Assembly: GCA_963662795.1 (NCBI GenBank)
Contig: OY759746.1
Coordinates: forward strand, 2,503,817-2,567,816
From: Spirochaetia bacterium
GTDB taxonomy: Bacteria; Spirochaetota; Spirochaetia; CADAEX01
Direction: 5' to 3'
Length of the DNA: 64,000 bases
Below the pieces are notes generated by a model. The model made no database searches, was not told the origin of the DNA, and saw only the letters and a list, made by a program, of their open reading frames with translations. Numbering within the stretch: the stretch's first letter is position 1; each line of letters opens with the position of its first letter. Shown piece by piece: positions 39,566 through 50,400 of this stretch. The position numbers and the translations under genes were made by a program.

Positions 39566-40144
39566 GTGCATGCTGCCATCTGTGATTTTATTGCAGATTG
39601 TCTTCAAAACTCGATCGAAGCTGAAAGCAGCCGAATTAGTCTTTTATATGAGAAATCCGGCAGCCTGATTAAAACAGTAATTGAAGACAACGGGAAAGGG
39701 ATGACAAAAGAGCAGCTTGAGAAAGCGAGAGACCCTTTCTACACAGACGGCACAAAACATGCAAAGAGAAAAATCGGCCTCGGAATACCTTTTTTACTGC
39801 AGGCAGTTAATATTTCCGGAGGGGCCTTCTCTCTTGAATCAGAAAAAGGGAAGGGGACAAGGCTTGAATTCAGTTTTGATTCTGCAAATATTGATACACC
39901 TCCCGAGGGAGACATAACATCAACCGTACTGCAGGCCATGATGTTTGACGGGGATTATGAACTTGAGTTCAAAAGGACGCTTAAACGCGGCGGAGAGGCT
40001 GATAACGGAGATTGTTATAATATAAAAAGATCCGAATTGCTAGAAATCCTGGGAGATCTTTCAACTGCCGATACAATAAACCTTGCAAGGCAGTACTTGC
40101 AGTCCCAGGAAGAAAATTTGAATAAGGAGACAGGTAATGGCTAA
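39566..40144 (+). CDS. stand-alone GHKL/HATPase_c-domain protein (no HisKA, no sensor domain)
   Basis: N-box DCLQNSIEA, G1 EDNGKGM, G2 GLGIPFL. GTG start. It overlaps the next gene by 8 nt. Confidence 0.75.
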   Translation: MHAAICDFIADCLQNSIEAESSRISLLYEKSGSLIKTVIEDNGKGMTKEQLEKARDPFYTDGTKHAKRKIGLGIPFLLQAVNISGGAFSLESEKGKGTRLEFSFDSANIDTPPEGDITSTVLQAMMFDGDYELEFKRTLKRGGEADNGDCYNIKRSELLEILGDLSTADTINLARQYLQSQEENLNKETGNG

Positions 40145-40529
40145 AATGACGCTTGAAGACCTGAGAAAGCTGAGGGAAGACAAAAAGAAGACCCTTGACA
40201 GGCGCGATGTTTCGGAAAATGACATTGCAATAATTATTGGAATGGGGACCTGCGGAATCGCGGCAGGCGCAAAAAAATCATTGGATGCTTTTCTTGATGA
40301 AATCGATAAAAAAGGGCTTAAGCAGATCACTGTCAAGCAGACAGGGTGCATGGGCCTTTGTTATGTAGAACCGACCGTTGAAATTAAAGTACCTGGCATG
40401 CCTGATACAATTTACGGGAAGGTTGATGAAGCAGTCGCAAGAATAATTGTCGATGAACATATCATGCAGAGAAAACTTGTCAGTAATCATATTTTTGACA
40501 AGCCTTCTGTGGATATTGTTAAAGGTTAA
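40137..40529 (+). CDS. thioredoxin-like [2Fe-2S] ferredoxin (HydD-type small subunit)
   Basis: GMGTCGIAAGA...GCMGLCYVEP pattern. 130 aa. Confidence 0.75.
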   Translation: MAKMTLEDLRKLREDKKKTLDRRDVSENDIAIIIGMGTCGIAAGAKKSLDAFLDEIDKKGLKQITVKQTGCMGLCYVEPTVEIKVPGMPDTIYGKVDEAVARIIVDEHIMQRKLVSNHIFDKPSVDIVKG

Positions 40530-40541
40530 CGGAGGAAGTTG

Positions 40542-42335
40542 ATGGCACTTAAAAACTATATACTGGTTTGCGGCGGTACAGCCTGTGAATCATCTAAAGC
40601 AGATAGCATATACCAGGCCCTGGTTAAAGAAATCGAGGTCAACGGATTAAAAAAAGATGTCCAGATTGTGAAGACAGGCTGTTTCGGATTCTGCGAAAAA
40701 GGGCCGATTGTCAAGGTCCTTCCGGAAGAAGCTTTCTATGTGGAAGTAAAACCTGAAGACGCGAAAGAAATTGTGGCAGAAAACATTATAAAGGGACGTC
40801 TTGTTAAACGCCTGCTATATAAAGGCGAAGAGGTAAAGGGAAAAGACGCATTTGAAGCTGACGATATAAAATTCTATCAGAAACAGTACAGGATAGTACT
40901 TAGAAACTGCGGTTTTATTGACCCGGAAAATATCGAAGAATATGTGGCAAGAGACGGATACTGCGCTCTTGAAAAATGTCTTTTTGATATTACTCCCGAT
41001 CAGGTTATTGAAGAATTGAAAACTTCAGGACTCAGGGGCAGGGGCGGAGCTGGTTTCCCAACCTGGATGAAGTGGAATTTCAGCAAAATGGTAAGCGCGG
41101 ACCAGAAATATATTGTCTGCAACGCGGATGAGGGCGACCCCGGCGCTTATATGGACAGAAGTACTCTGGAAGGAGATCCCCATTCAGTACTGGAAGCAAT
41201 GGCTATTGCCGGATATGCGATCGGCTCAAACAAAGGAATCATCTACATTCGGGCTGAATATCCGCTTGCCATTAAACGGCTTGAAATCGCGATGAAACAG
41301 GCAAGGGAATATGGTCTTCTCGGTAAAAATATACTTGGCAGCAAATTTGATTTTGATATCGAAATCAGACTGGGCGCGGGCGCATTTGTCTGCGGTGAGG
41401 AAACAGCGCTCTTAAGATCTATTGAAGGGAAAAGAGGTATGCCGACTCCCAAGCCGCCGTTTCCTGCAGTTGAAGGACTCTGGGGCAAACCGACTGTTAT
41501 AAACAATGTTGAGACACTTGCCAATATCCCTGTAATTATACTTAAAGGCGGCGAATGGTTCTCTTCAATAGGAACACAGAAATCACCGGGAACAAAAGTT
41601 TTCGCACTTACCGGGAGGATAAACAATTCCGGGCTTGTTGAGGTCCCGATGGGAACAACACTCAGGGAGATTATTTATGATATCGGCGGCGGAATCAAGG
41701 ATAACAGGGCTTTTAAAGCTGTTCAGACAGGAGGCCCTTCGGGCGGAGTTATTACCGAAGAAAACCTTGATACACCTATTGATTTTGATACCTTGACAGC
41801 AATTGGCACAATGATGGGCTCCGGTGGCATGATTGTCATGAGCGAGGATGATTGTATCATCGATGTCGCTAAGTTCTACATGGAGTTCTGTGTAGATGAA
41901 TCATGCGGAAAATGTTCGCCTTGCCGCATCGGGACAAAGAAACTTTTCCAGTATCTGGACAAGATATCAAAGGGAAATGCTACACGCGATGATATGAAAA
42001 AAATGGAAGAGATAGGTATTGCAATGAAGAAAGCCGCGCTTTGCGGGCTCGGCCAGACTGCAGCCAATCCTGTCCTTTCCACAATGAAATATTTCCGGAA
42101 TGAATATCTTGAGCATATTGATGGCCAGAAATGTATAGCCGGTAAGTGTAAGGACCTTGTAAGGTTTGAAATAAGCCCTGAAAAATGTATCGGCTGTACC
42201 ATCTGCGCAAGAAAATGTCCTGTCAACTGCATCAGCGGCGAAAGAAAACAGCCGCATGTTATTGATCAGAGCAAGTGTATCAAGTGCGGTGAATGTTACA
42301 GTAACTGTAAATTCGGCGCAATAACGAAATATTAA
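40542..42335 (+). CDS. hydB: NuoF-like flavoprotein subunit of [FeFe]-hydrogenase (FMN/NAD(P)H binding, multiple Fe-S clusters; HydB type)
   Basis: GRGGAGFPT, ESCGKCSPCR, and C-terminal 2x[4Fe-4S] CIGCTICARKCP/CIKCGECYSNC. ATG at 40542 is the second codon of the track ORF. Confidence 0.92.
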   Translation: MALKNYILVCGGTACESSKADSIYQALVKEIEVNGLKKDVQIVKTGCFGFCEKGPIVKVLPEEAFYVEVKPEDAKEIVAENIIKGRLVKRLLYKGEEVKGKDAFEADDIKFYQKQYRIVLRNCGFIDPENIEEYVARDGYCALEKCLFDITPDQVIEELKTSGLRGRGGAGFPTWMKWNFSKMVSADQKYIVCNADEGDPGAYMDRSTLEGDPHSVLEAMAIAGYAIGSNKGIIYIRAEYPLAIKRLEIAMKQAREYGLLGKNILGSKFDFDIEIRLGAGAFVCGEETALLRSIEGKRGMPTPKPPFPAVEGLWGKPTVINNVETLANIPVIILKGGEWFSSIGTQKSPGTKVFALTGRINNSGLVEVPMGTTLREIIYDIGGGIKDNRAFKAVQTGGPSGGVITEENLDTPIDFDTLTAIGTMMGSGGMIVMSEDDCIIDVAKFYMEFCVDESCGKCSPCRIGTKKLFQYLDKISKGNATRDDMKKMEEIGIAMKKAALCGLGQTAANPVLSTMKYFRNEYLEHIDGQKCIAGKCKDLVRFEISPEKCIGCTICARKCPVNCISGERKQPHVIDQSKCIKCGECYSNCKFGAITKY

Positions 42336-42358
42336 ATTAAAGGCAAGGAGATAAAGCA

Positions 42359-44110
42359 GTGAAAACTGTAGAAATAAAAATTAATGGTAAACCTGTTATG
42401 GTAAATACCGGGACATCAGTTCTGGATGCCGCAAAACTTGCTGGCGTTAAAATACCCAGCCTTTGTGCTCATCCTGATCTTAACGCCTGGGGCGCATGCG
42501 GTATCTGTGTTGTCAAGATTGAAGGGCAGCCCCGTCTTGTAAGGGCGTGCTCGACAAAAATTGTTGAGGGGCAGAATTATATAACACATGATCCCGAGAT
42601 CCAGAGTGTCAGAAGAACTGTAATAGAGATGATTCTCTCTAACCATCCGCAGGAATGTCTTACCTGCGCAAGGAACCAGACCTGCGAGCTTCAGAGACTT
42701 GCGGCAGAATACAGTATAAGGGAAATCCCTTTTGATCAGAACGTAAGAAGACTTCCCAGGGATGTTTCAACTACATCAATTGTTCTTGATCCTACAAAAT
42801 GTATCCAGTGCGGAAGGTGTGCTCTTGTGTGCCAGAACCTTCAGAATGTCTGGGCGCTTGAGTTCCTCAACCGGGGAGAAAATACAAGGATTGCACCTGC
42901 CGCTGATGTTCAGCTGAACGACAGCCCGTGTATTAAATGCGGCCAGTGTTCAGCCCACTGCCCTGTAGGAGCGATTTATGAAAAGGATGAGACACAGAAA
43001 TTCCTCAATGCGGTACGTGAACCTGGTGTCCATGTTTCTGTACAGATTGCTCCGGCTGTAAGGGTTGCGCTCGGCGAGGCATTCGGAATGAAGCCGGGAG
43101 AGGTGGTAACGGGCAAGATATACGCGGCGCTCAGAAGGCTCGGCGTTGATTCAGTTTTTGACACAAACTTCTCCGCAGACCTTACGATAATGGAAGAAGG
43201 AAGCGAGTTTGTTGAAAGATTGGTAAATGGCAAAGGTGTGCTTCCCCAGCTTACTTCATGCTGCCCGGCATGGACAGATTACATGGAGAAATACTATCCG
43301 GACATGATCCCCCATTTTTCAACTGCAAAATCGCCGATGATGATGCAGGGGGCAATGACCAAAACATATTTCGCGCAGCTGAAAAAACTTGATCCTGCAA
43401 AAATATGTTCTGTCGCAATTATGCCCTGTACTGCCAAAAAGTTTGAGATATCAAGATGCGGCGATATGAAATCTTCAGGGTATTGTGATGTCGATCTTGT
43501 ACTTACAACGAGGGAGCTTGCCCGTCTGATCAAGATCGCCGGTATCAATTTTGCCGACCTTGAAGAGGAACAGTCAGACAGCCCGATAGGTATGTACACA
43601 GGAGCGGCAACCATCTTCGGAGTAACCGGAGGCGTTATGGAAGCTGCGGTCAGAACAGCATACAAACTTGTTACCGACGAAGAGCTTGGCAACGTAAATG
43701 TTGAAGTGGTAAGAGGTATGGAAGGGGTAAAACGCGGTGTAGTTGATATTAAAGGTACCAAGGTCAAGGTAGCTGTAGCGCATGGTATGGCAAATGTTCA
43801 GGACCTGGTTGAAGAAATCAGGACTGCAAAGAGAGAAGGAAAGGAAAGGCCTTATGATTTTATAGAAGTAATGGCATGCCGCGGAGGATGTATAGCAGGC
43901 GGAGGTCAGCCCTATGGAACAGAGGATGAAGTACGGGATGCGAGAACTGCCGGCATCTATTTCGATGATAAACATTCAGCTATAAGGTGTTCGCACAATA
44001 ATCCTGAAATTATTCATATATATGATAATTTCCTTGAAAAACCGCTGAGTCATAAATCCCACCAGTATCTTCATACCCACTATGAAGAAAAACCGGTATA
44101 TAAAAAATAG
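42359..44110 (+). CDS. hydA: [FeFe]-hydrogenase catalytic subunit (group A, multimeric/bifurcating type)
   Basis: N-terminal 2Fe-2S ferredoxin fold and the H-cluster motifs TSCCPAW, MPCTAKKFE and EVMACRGGCIAGGGQP. Confidence 0.95.
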   Translation: MKTVEIKINGKPVMVNTGTSVLDAAKLAGVKIPSLCAHPDLNAWGACGICVVKIEGQPRLVRACSTKIVEGQNYITHDPEIQSVRRTVIEMILSNHPQECLTCARNQTCELQRLAAEYSIREIPFDQNVRRLPRDVSTTSIVLDPTKCIQCGRCALVCQNLQNVWALEFLNRGENTRIAPAADVQLNDSPCIKCGQCSAHCPVGAIYEKDETQKFLNAVREPGVHVSVQIAPAVRVALGEAFGMKPGEVVTGKIYAALRRLGVDSVFDTNFSADLTIMEEGSEFVERLVNGKGVLPQLTSCCPAWTDYMEKYYPDMIPHFSTAKSPMMMQGAMTKTYFAQLKKLDPAKICSVAIMPCTAKKFEISRCGDMKSSGYCDVDLVLTTRELARLIKIAGINFADLEEEQSDSPIGMYTGAATIFGVTGGVMEAAVRTAYKLVTDEELGNVNVEVVRGMEGVKRGVVDIKGTKVKVAVAHGMANVQDLVEEIRTAKREGKERPYDFIEVMACRGGCIAGGGQPYGTEDEVRDARTAGIYFDDKHSAIRCSHNNPEIIHIYDNFLEKPLSHKSHQYLHTHYEEKPVYKK

Positions 44111-44139
44111 GATTCTTTTCAGTACAGTAAATGAAAGGA

Positions 44140-44167
44140 GGCTTTCCGGCAGCGGAAAGCCTTTTTT
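44140..44167 (+). terminator. rho-independent terminator after hydA
   Basis: GGCTTTCCG-gcag-CGGAAAGCC stem-loop followed by TTTTTT. Confidence 0.85.
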
Positions 44168-44207
44168 ATAATTGTTAAAAAAGGTGATAACATATTATAA
44201 TGTAAAA

Positions 44208-46898
44208 ATGAAAAAGTATCTGTTTATTGTTATTCCGGTTTTGGCTGTCATTTTTTGTTCCCTGTTTCTCTTAACTTCACTTGACAGAAAAGTTTACGAT
44301 CTTTTTTTAAGAACTCTGCCTTCCCTTAAAGAAGATGAATCAGTTCTTATTGTAAAAGTTGATGATCTGTCTATTGAAAACGTTGGAATATTTCCCTGGA
44401 CAAGGGATATTCTGGCAGACGCGATTGTTTTTCTCCGTGAAATGGGAGCTGATTCAGTCGTATTCGATTTAAGCTATCTCGACAAAAGTCCGGTCAAGGT
44501 AGATCCCAAATATGTGAATCAGGAGCTGCCTGAATACCTTAACTATGGATTTAATCAGATTGATGATACCATCAGCCAGGTTATGGATGCATTTGCCGGC
44601 CGGCAGATCGGCCCTTCCGATGCTGATGCCTACAAGAGACAGATGCTGAATTTTAACAGCACGGTGCGCGAATCGCTGAATACTTCAATTTCGTATGTTG
44701 CCAGGGACGTTGATGCGTACTTCGCAAAGACACTCCGCTTCTTCGGCAAATCATATTTAACCCTGACCATGGTTACTCCGGAAGATATAATAGGTGAAGA
44801 CAAAACCTTTGATATGTCGCCTTACGATGTTAAATGGCTTGAAGAGAATGTCGCGCTTAAAAATATAACAGCACTAAACGATACACTGACGCCGCAGCTG
44901 CCGGGTATAATTCCCGCCATCCCTGAGCTGCTTACAAATGCCAGCGGTGCCGGATTTGTGAACGCAGCGCCCGATCAGGACGGATACCGCCGGAGGGTAC
45001 ACCTTCTGCTGAAATATAATGATAAATACTACGGACAACTTGGATTTGTTCCACTCCTCGATAAACTGGGAAACCCTGCGGTTGAGGTGACAAATAATTA
45101 TATTTTTCTTAAAAATGCTGTTATTAACGGCACGGCAAGGGATGTCAGAATTCCCCGTACCGAAGACGGCTCAATTCTTGTTAAATGGCCAAAAAAGGAA
45201 TTCAGGGACTATAATCAGATTTCATCATGGGACCTGATTGCGAATAACAGGCAGGAAGCAGTATTTGTTAAAAATCTTAAAGCCATGGAAGATGCCGGAT
45301 TTTTTTCCTACTGGAATGAAGGTGAGACTCCTCTTGATAAGTACAATAATGCGGAATATGTAAAACAGATGCTTTTTGAAGGAGAAAATAATCAGGCAGG
45401 GATAACATTTGAAACATATGCTGCTTACAGAAAGGGTTTTATTGATACATCTGATCAGTTTTTAAACGGCAAATATGAAGATATTATCCTTTCAGATATT
45501 GATAAGGACAACACTGCGGTTGTTGAATATGTTAATGGCTTTTTTAAAGCTGCACGGCAGCAGTACGCAGACCTGCTTGTTATCCGGGAAAAAGCTGAGA
45601 AAAAAACAGCCGGCGCCTTCTGTATTATCGGCGTTGATGCCACTTCCATGACTGACGACGGCCTGACTACATTCCAGGAGAGATTTCCTAATGTCGGTAT
45701 TCATGCTGCAGTAACAAACATGATTATATCTGAAGAGTTTCTGGATGATTCACCGGCTTACGTTTCCATAATTATTGCTCTAATACTTTCGGTATCACTC
45801 GGCATCTTTATCCAACGGTTCAATACCAAAAACGCGATGATTGCGGGGTTTCTTACTCTGGCAGTATCTGTTTTTTCCCTGCTCATTCTGTTTGTCCTCT
45901 TCCGCAGATATATAGGCGTAGTAGTTCCATTTGCCTCAATATCCGCAACCTTTCTTACGCTTTCAGGTATTAATTTCTTCGATACAATCAGGGAAAAATC
46001 ATTCCTGCGCTCCGCTTTTTCCCGGTATCTTGCCCCTGCTGTTATAAATGAAATTATTGCAGATCCTTCAAAATTAAATCTTGGAGGGGAAAAACGGGAA
46101 ATGACTGCAATTTTTACAGATATCAGGGGATTTTCAACTATTTCAGAAAGTCTTGATCCTGCCGATCTGGTTAAACTGCTGAACCTCTATTTGACTGATA
46201 TGAGTAATACAATTCTTGCAAACAGGGGAACAATTGATAAATATGAAGGAGATGCGATCATTGCATTTTTTGGAGCTCCCATTCATATGGCTGAGCATGC
46301 TGCCCTTGCGTGCCGCACAGCGATACAGATGAAAATAGCGGAAAAAGAACTGAATAAACGAATTATTGCGGAAAATCTCTGTCCGTCACAGCTATTCACC
46401 AGAATTGGTATTAATACAGGAGATATGATTGTCGGAAATATGGGAACACCGGATAAAATGGACTATACAATTATGGGAAACGCGGTAAACCTTGCCGCGC
46501 GGCTTGAAGGGGTAAATAAACAGTATGGTACCCGCGGTATCCTGATAAGCGAGCATACAAGGGCCCAGGTCGGGGATGAATTCCTCCTCCGCCGTCTTGA
46601 CCGGATCCGGGTTGTCGGTGTCAACAGGCCGCTCAGGATATTTGAGCTGCTTTCGTTTGCCAAGGATGCTGATATGATTACGGAAAGCTCTGCCGCATCA
46701 ATAATACCGCAATGGGAAAAGGCGATAGACCTCTATGAAAAACAATTATTCACAGAAGCCCGTGATATTTTTAAGGAAATTGCTGTAAAGGATAATGAGG
46801 ATATGGTTGCTCCGCTCTTTGCAGGCCGATGTGAGGCGTTCCTTAAAAATCCGCCGGTTAAGGACTGGGACGGGGTATTTACACTTTCAGAGAAGTAA
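44208..46898 (+). CDS. CHASE2-sensor class III adenylate/guanylate cyclase
   Basis: Signal-anchor, about 480 aa of extracytoplasmic CHASE2-like region, three TM helices, and the cyclase core REMTAIFTDIRGFS...GDAIIAFFGAP...GINTGDMIVGNMG. Start moved to ATG at 44208. Confidence 0.88.
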   Translation: MKKYLFIVIPVLAVIFCSLFLLTSLDRKVYDLFLRTLPSLKEDESVLIVKVDDLSIENVGIFPWTRDILADAIVFLREMGADSVVFDLSYLDKSPVKVDPKYVNQELPEYLNYGFNQIDDTISQVMDAFAGRQIGPSDADAYKRQMLNFNSTVRESLNTSISYVARDVDAYFAKTLRFFGKSYLTLTMVTPEDIIGEDKTFDMSPYDVKWLEENVALKNITALNDTLTPQLPGIIPAIPELLTNASGAGFVNAAPDQDGYRRRVHLLLKYNDKYYGQLGFVPLLDKLGNPAVEVTNNYIFLKNAVINGTARDVRIPRTEDGSILVKWPKKEFRDYNQISSWDLIANNRQEAVFVKNLKAMEDAGFFSYWNEGETPLDKYNNAEYVKQMLFEGENNQAGITFETYAAYRKGFIDTSDQFLNGKYEDIILSDIDKDNTAVVEYVNGFFKAARQQYADLLVIREKAEKKTAGAFCIIGVDATSMTDDGLTTFQERFPNVGIHAAVTNMIISEEFLDDSPAYVSIIIALILSVSLGIFIQRFNTKNAMIAGFLTLAVSVFSLLILFVLFRRYIGVVVPFASISATFLTLSGINFFDTIREKSFLRSAFSRYLAPAVINEIIADPSKLNLGGEKREMTAIFTDIRGFSTISESLDPADLVKLLNLYLTDMSNTILANRGTIDKYEGDAIIAFFGAPIHMAEHAALACRTAIQMKIAEKELNKRIIAENLCPSQLFTRIGINTGDMIVGNMGTPDKMDYTIMGNAVNLAARLEGVNKQYGTRGILISEHTRAQVGDEFLLRRLDRIRVVGVNRPLRIFELLSFAKDADMITESSAASIIPQWEKAIDLYEKQLFTEARDIFKEIAVKDNEDMVAPLFAGRCEAFLKNPPVKDWDGVFTLSEK

Positions 46899-46932
46899 AA
46901 AAAAAGACTGTTTATTAAAAACAGTCTTTTTT
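46897..46932. terminator. bidirectional rho-independent terminator shared by convergent genes
   Basis: A-tract, then AGACTGTTT-attaa-AAACAGTCT, then T-tract. It reads as a terminator on both strands. Confidence 0.8.
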
Positions 46933-46959
46933 ATACATTGATTTAATTTTTTAAATATT

Positions 46960-47400
46960 TTATTCCTTTTTCTCTTCAACCCACTGCACATCTTCTACTG
47001 CGTCGCTTGCACGTGTTGAAGCGGTAGAAATGTTTGTCCGCCCCTGGACAGAATTGGCATTTACAGTACTGTCTGTTACAGCAGCGCCCAGTTTAATACC
47101 TGAAAGACCCTGAGCAGGGCTTGTCAGTTTTTCAACAGTGCCTTTCTGCATTGCCTTGACCGTGACCACCCTGTCTCCAATCTTAAGAATAAGAGAGGAA
47201 TTAAGACCGGTGTTTATCATTGTCGAGGGCGCAATTTTTTTGTCAGCGGATAAAGCTTCCCATTTGCCCGCAGAAACCTCATAACTCACAATTCCGTTTA
47301 CCGACTGGATAACAATATCCTGTCCTGAAACCTGAGCAAATAAAGCTGTGGAAATTGCAACAGTGCCCAGCACCATCGCCAATAAGAATATTTTCTTCAT
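46960..47400 (-). CDS. small secreted FecR-domain-like protein
   Basis: Signal peptide MKKIFLLAMVLGTVAISTALFA. FecR-like pattern G.VSYEV.AGKWEAL...INTGLNSSLILKIGDRVVTVKA. Start set at ATG 47400, which has GGAGG 5 nt upstream. Confidence 0.6.
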   Translation of the reverse strand: MKKIFLLAMVLGTVAISTALFAQVSGQDIVIQSVNGIVSYEVSAGKWEALSADKKIAPSTMINTGLNSSLILKIGDRVVTVKAMQKGTVEKLTSPAQGLSGIKLGAAVTDSTVNANSVQGRTNISTASTRASDAVEDVQWVEEKKE

Positions 47401-47494
47401 AGAATCCTCCACTTAATATATTATATAACACATCCGCCTGGAAATACAAGGTCGTCTCTGTTAAAGTGCTGTGTTACGGTAAAGAGCCAGTTTT

Positions 47495-50400
47495 TCATTT
47501 TTCATCCCTCTTTATCAGGTATTTACGCCTGAAATAAAGGTATGCGCAAATCATTATCCCGGTTGAAAACAGCAGAGCCATCAGCGCGATGTGGTTTTTA
47601 AAATATTCTGCAGCTGATATTTCAGGAGTTTCAGAAACAGTCATCTTTTTATTAAAAACTGTCTTTTCGGTTTCAGGTATTGATGCAGCATGCTCCGGAG
47701 AAGATACCTGAATTATTTCATTCACGGCTGATACATTTTCTCCCGTTCCCTGTGTTGTTTTGTTCATGCCGACAGAGGCTTCTGCATTTTCCGGTGCTGT
47801 ATTTACACTGCTTACAGTCTGAACTCCCTTAACTCCTGAATCAAATTGATAGCCGGCAACCTGAACAGTACTTTTCACAGCTTTTCTTGAAGTGGTAGAT
47901 TTAACCTGGTTCTGAGTAATACCTGAATAAGGTTCTGTAGTTTCAACCTGACTCACCCTGTGCTTTGAATATCTTGTTGTTGCGTTCCTGACAGAAGCAG
48001 ATGTATAGTCGGATATTGAAGTGGTTATGGAGTTTTCTGTATAACCTGCTGATCGGGAGGCGGCTCCTCCATATGTCCAGTCGTCGGTATCCCAAGTCAT
48101 TTGATATCCGTTGCTTGTTTCATTTCCCAGGTCGTCTGCAACACTGAACCGGAAAGTTTGCTCCTGAACTGAAACATCCAGAGCTGTTGTTGTTGTCAGC
48201 GACCCTGTTTTAACAGCTGTTGCGTGGGTATATGTTTTTACCGTGCCGTCGGTTATAGCCTGAGCCTTGGTACCTGTCCCCGGCCAGTAATAAATGATCC
48301 TGATTCCTGAAACTTCAGCAGAGGATAAAGTTATTGTTAATTTGTTGTTGGCGCTTGAAGCGCTTGGACTGGAAGCACCGGTATTTATCTCTGGAGCTGT
48401 CGTATCTACAGTGATTGTAGCCGAGTTTGATTTGGTAACATTACCGGCAGAATCCCTTACATAAAGATAGAAAGCCTTATCAGCCCCGTCAGTTGTAGCA
48501 GAAGCAAGGTTGACAGATGTAAGTGTCTGCGAGGTGCCTGTAAGAGTTTCCCATGTTTCAGCGCTGTACGCCGGTGCGGTAGTTTCGATCGTAACAATAT
48601 AGGCAGAAAGCGACGTGGTATCTGCAACAGTTAATGATGTTACAGGAACAGATGTAAGTGTTGCAGTCGATGGGTTGGTGAACACAAAGGTGCCGGTTAA
48701 TGTTGGTAGGATTCCTTCAATTATGATGTCTTTTGTGGTACCGCCGAGTGATTCGTCAGAGTCAAGTGCCGGCAATGCCAGATTAGCATTATTGCTGGCC
48801 GCGTCCTTTATTGTTCCTCCGTTCAGAACAAGTGCTGCTGTAGAAGCATAGTTAAGGTCTGAGGTTGTATCACCGGCTGCAACAGTGTAACTGAAAGTAA
48901 GGGCAGAAGTGTCCGATCCGCTTGTGTATGATATATTTTTGTTTCCAGAGGAAAGTGCAAGTGTGAGATAGGGTGTTCCTGTGACTGTCACAGCTTCCGG
49001 GAAATTAACCTTAATGGGTATTTCAGTTCCGGCAGGGTATGTACCAGTCTCTGTGGTTGTTGTAACGTTTGAGACTGTCGGTGCGGTTGTATCGATTTTT
49101 ATATTCTTTGTGGTACCACCGAGTGATTCGTCAGAGTCAAGTGCCGGCAATGTCAGATTAGCATTATTGCCGGCTGTGTCCTTTATTGTTCCTCCGTTCA
49201 GCACAAGGGCTGATGTACTTGCATAGTTTAGGTCTGCGCTTGTATCTCCGGCTGCAACAGTGTATGTGAATGAGAGCGCTGTTGTGCCTGAACCGGATGG
49301 GTCGTCTAATCCTATATTTTTGTTTCCAGAGGAAAGCGCAAGTGTGAGATAGGGCGTTCCTGTGACTGTCACAGCTTCCGGGAAATTGACCGTAATAGGT
49401 ATTTCAGTTCCGGCTGGATAGGAGCCGCTCTCCTTTGTTGTCGTAACGCTTGAGACTGTCGGTGCGGTTGTATCGATTTTTATATTCTTTGTGGTACCGC
49501 CGAGTGATTCGTCAGAGTCAAGTGCCGGCAATGTCAGATTAGCATTATTGCCAATTGAATCTTTTATAGTTCCTCCGTTCAGCACAAGGGCTGATGTACT
49601 TGCATAGTTTAGGTCTGCGCTTGTATCTCCGGCTGCAACAGTGTATGTGAATGAGAGCGCTGTTGTGCCTGAACCGGATGGGTCGTCTAATCCTATATTT
49701 TTGTTTCCAGAGGAAAGTGCAAGTGTGAGATAGGGCGTTCCTGTGACTGTCACAGCTTTGGAGAAATTGACCGTGATAGGTATTTCAGTTCCGGCTGGAT
49801 AGGAGCCGCTCTCCTTTGTTGTTGTAACGCTTGAAACTGTTGGCAGAACAGCGTCGATTACAATATTCTTTGTTGTACCGCCGAGCGACTCGGCAGAGGC
49901 AAGTGCCGGAAGAGTAAGTGTGGCATTATTGCCAATTGAATCTTTTATAGTTCCTCCGTTCAGCACAAGGGCTGATGTACTTGCATAGTTTAGGTCTGCG
50001 CTTGTATCTCCGGCTGCAACAGTGTATGTGAATGAGAGCGCTGTTGTGCCTGAACCGGATGGGTCGTCTAATCCTATATTTTTGTTTCCAGAGGAAAGTG
50101 CAAGTGTGAGATAGGGCGTTCCTGTGACTGTCACAGCTTTGGAGAAATTGACCGTGATAGGTATTTCAGTTCCGGCTGGATAGGAGCCGCTCTCCTTTGT
50201 TGTCGTAACGCTTGAAACTGTTGGCAGAACAGCGTCGATTACAATATTCTTTGTTGTACCGCCGAGCGACTCGGCAGAGGCAAGTGCCGGAAGAGTAAGC
50301 GTGGCATTGTTGCCGGCTGTGTCCTTTATTGTACCGCCGTTCAGCACAAGGGCTGATGTACTTGCATAGTTTAGGTCTGCGCTTGTATCTCCGGCTGCAA

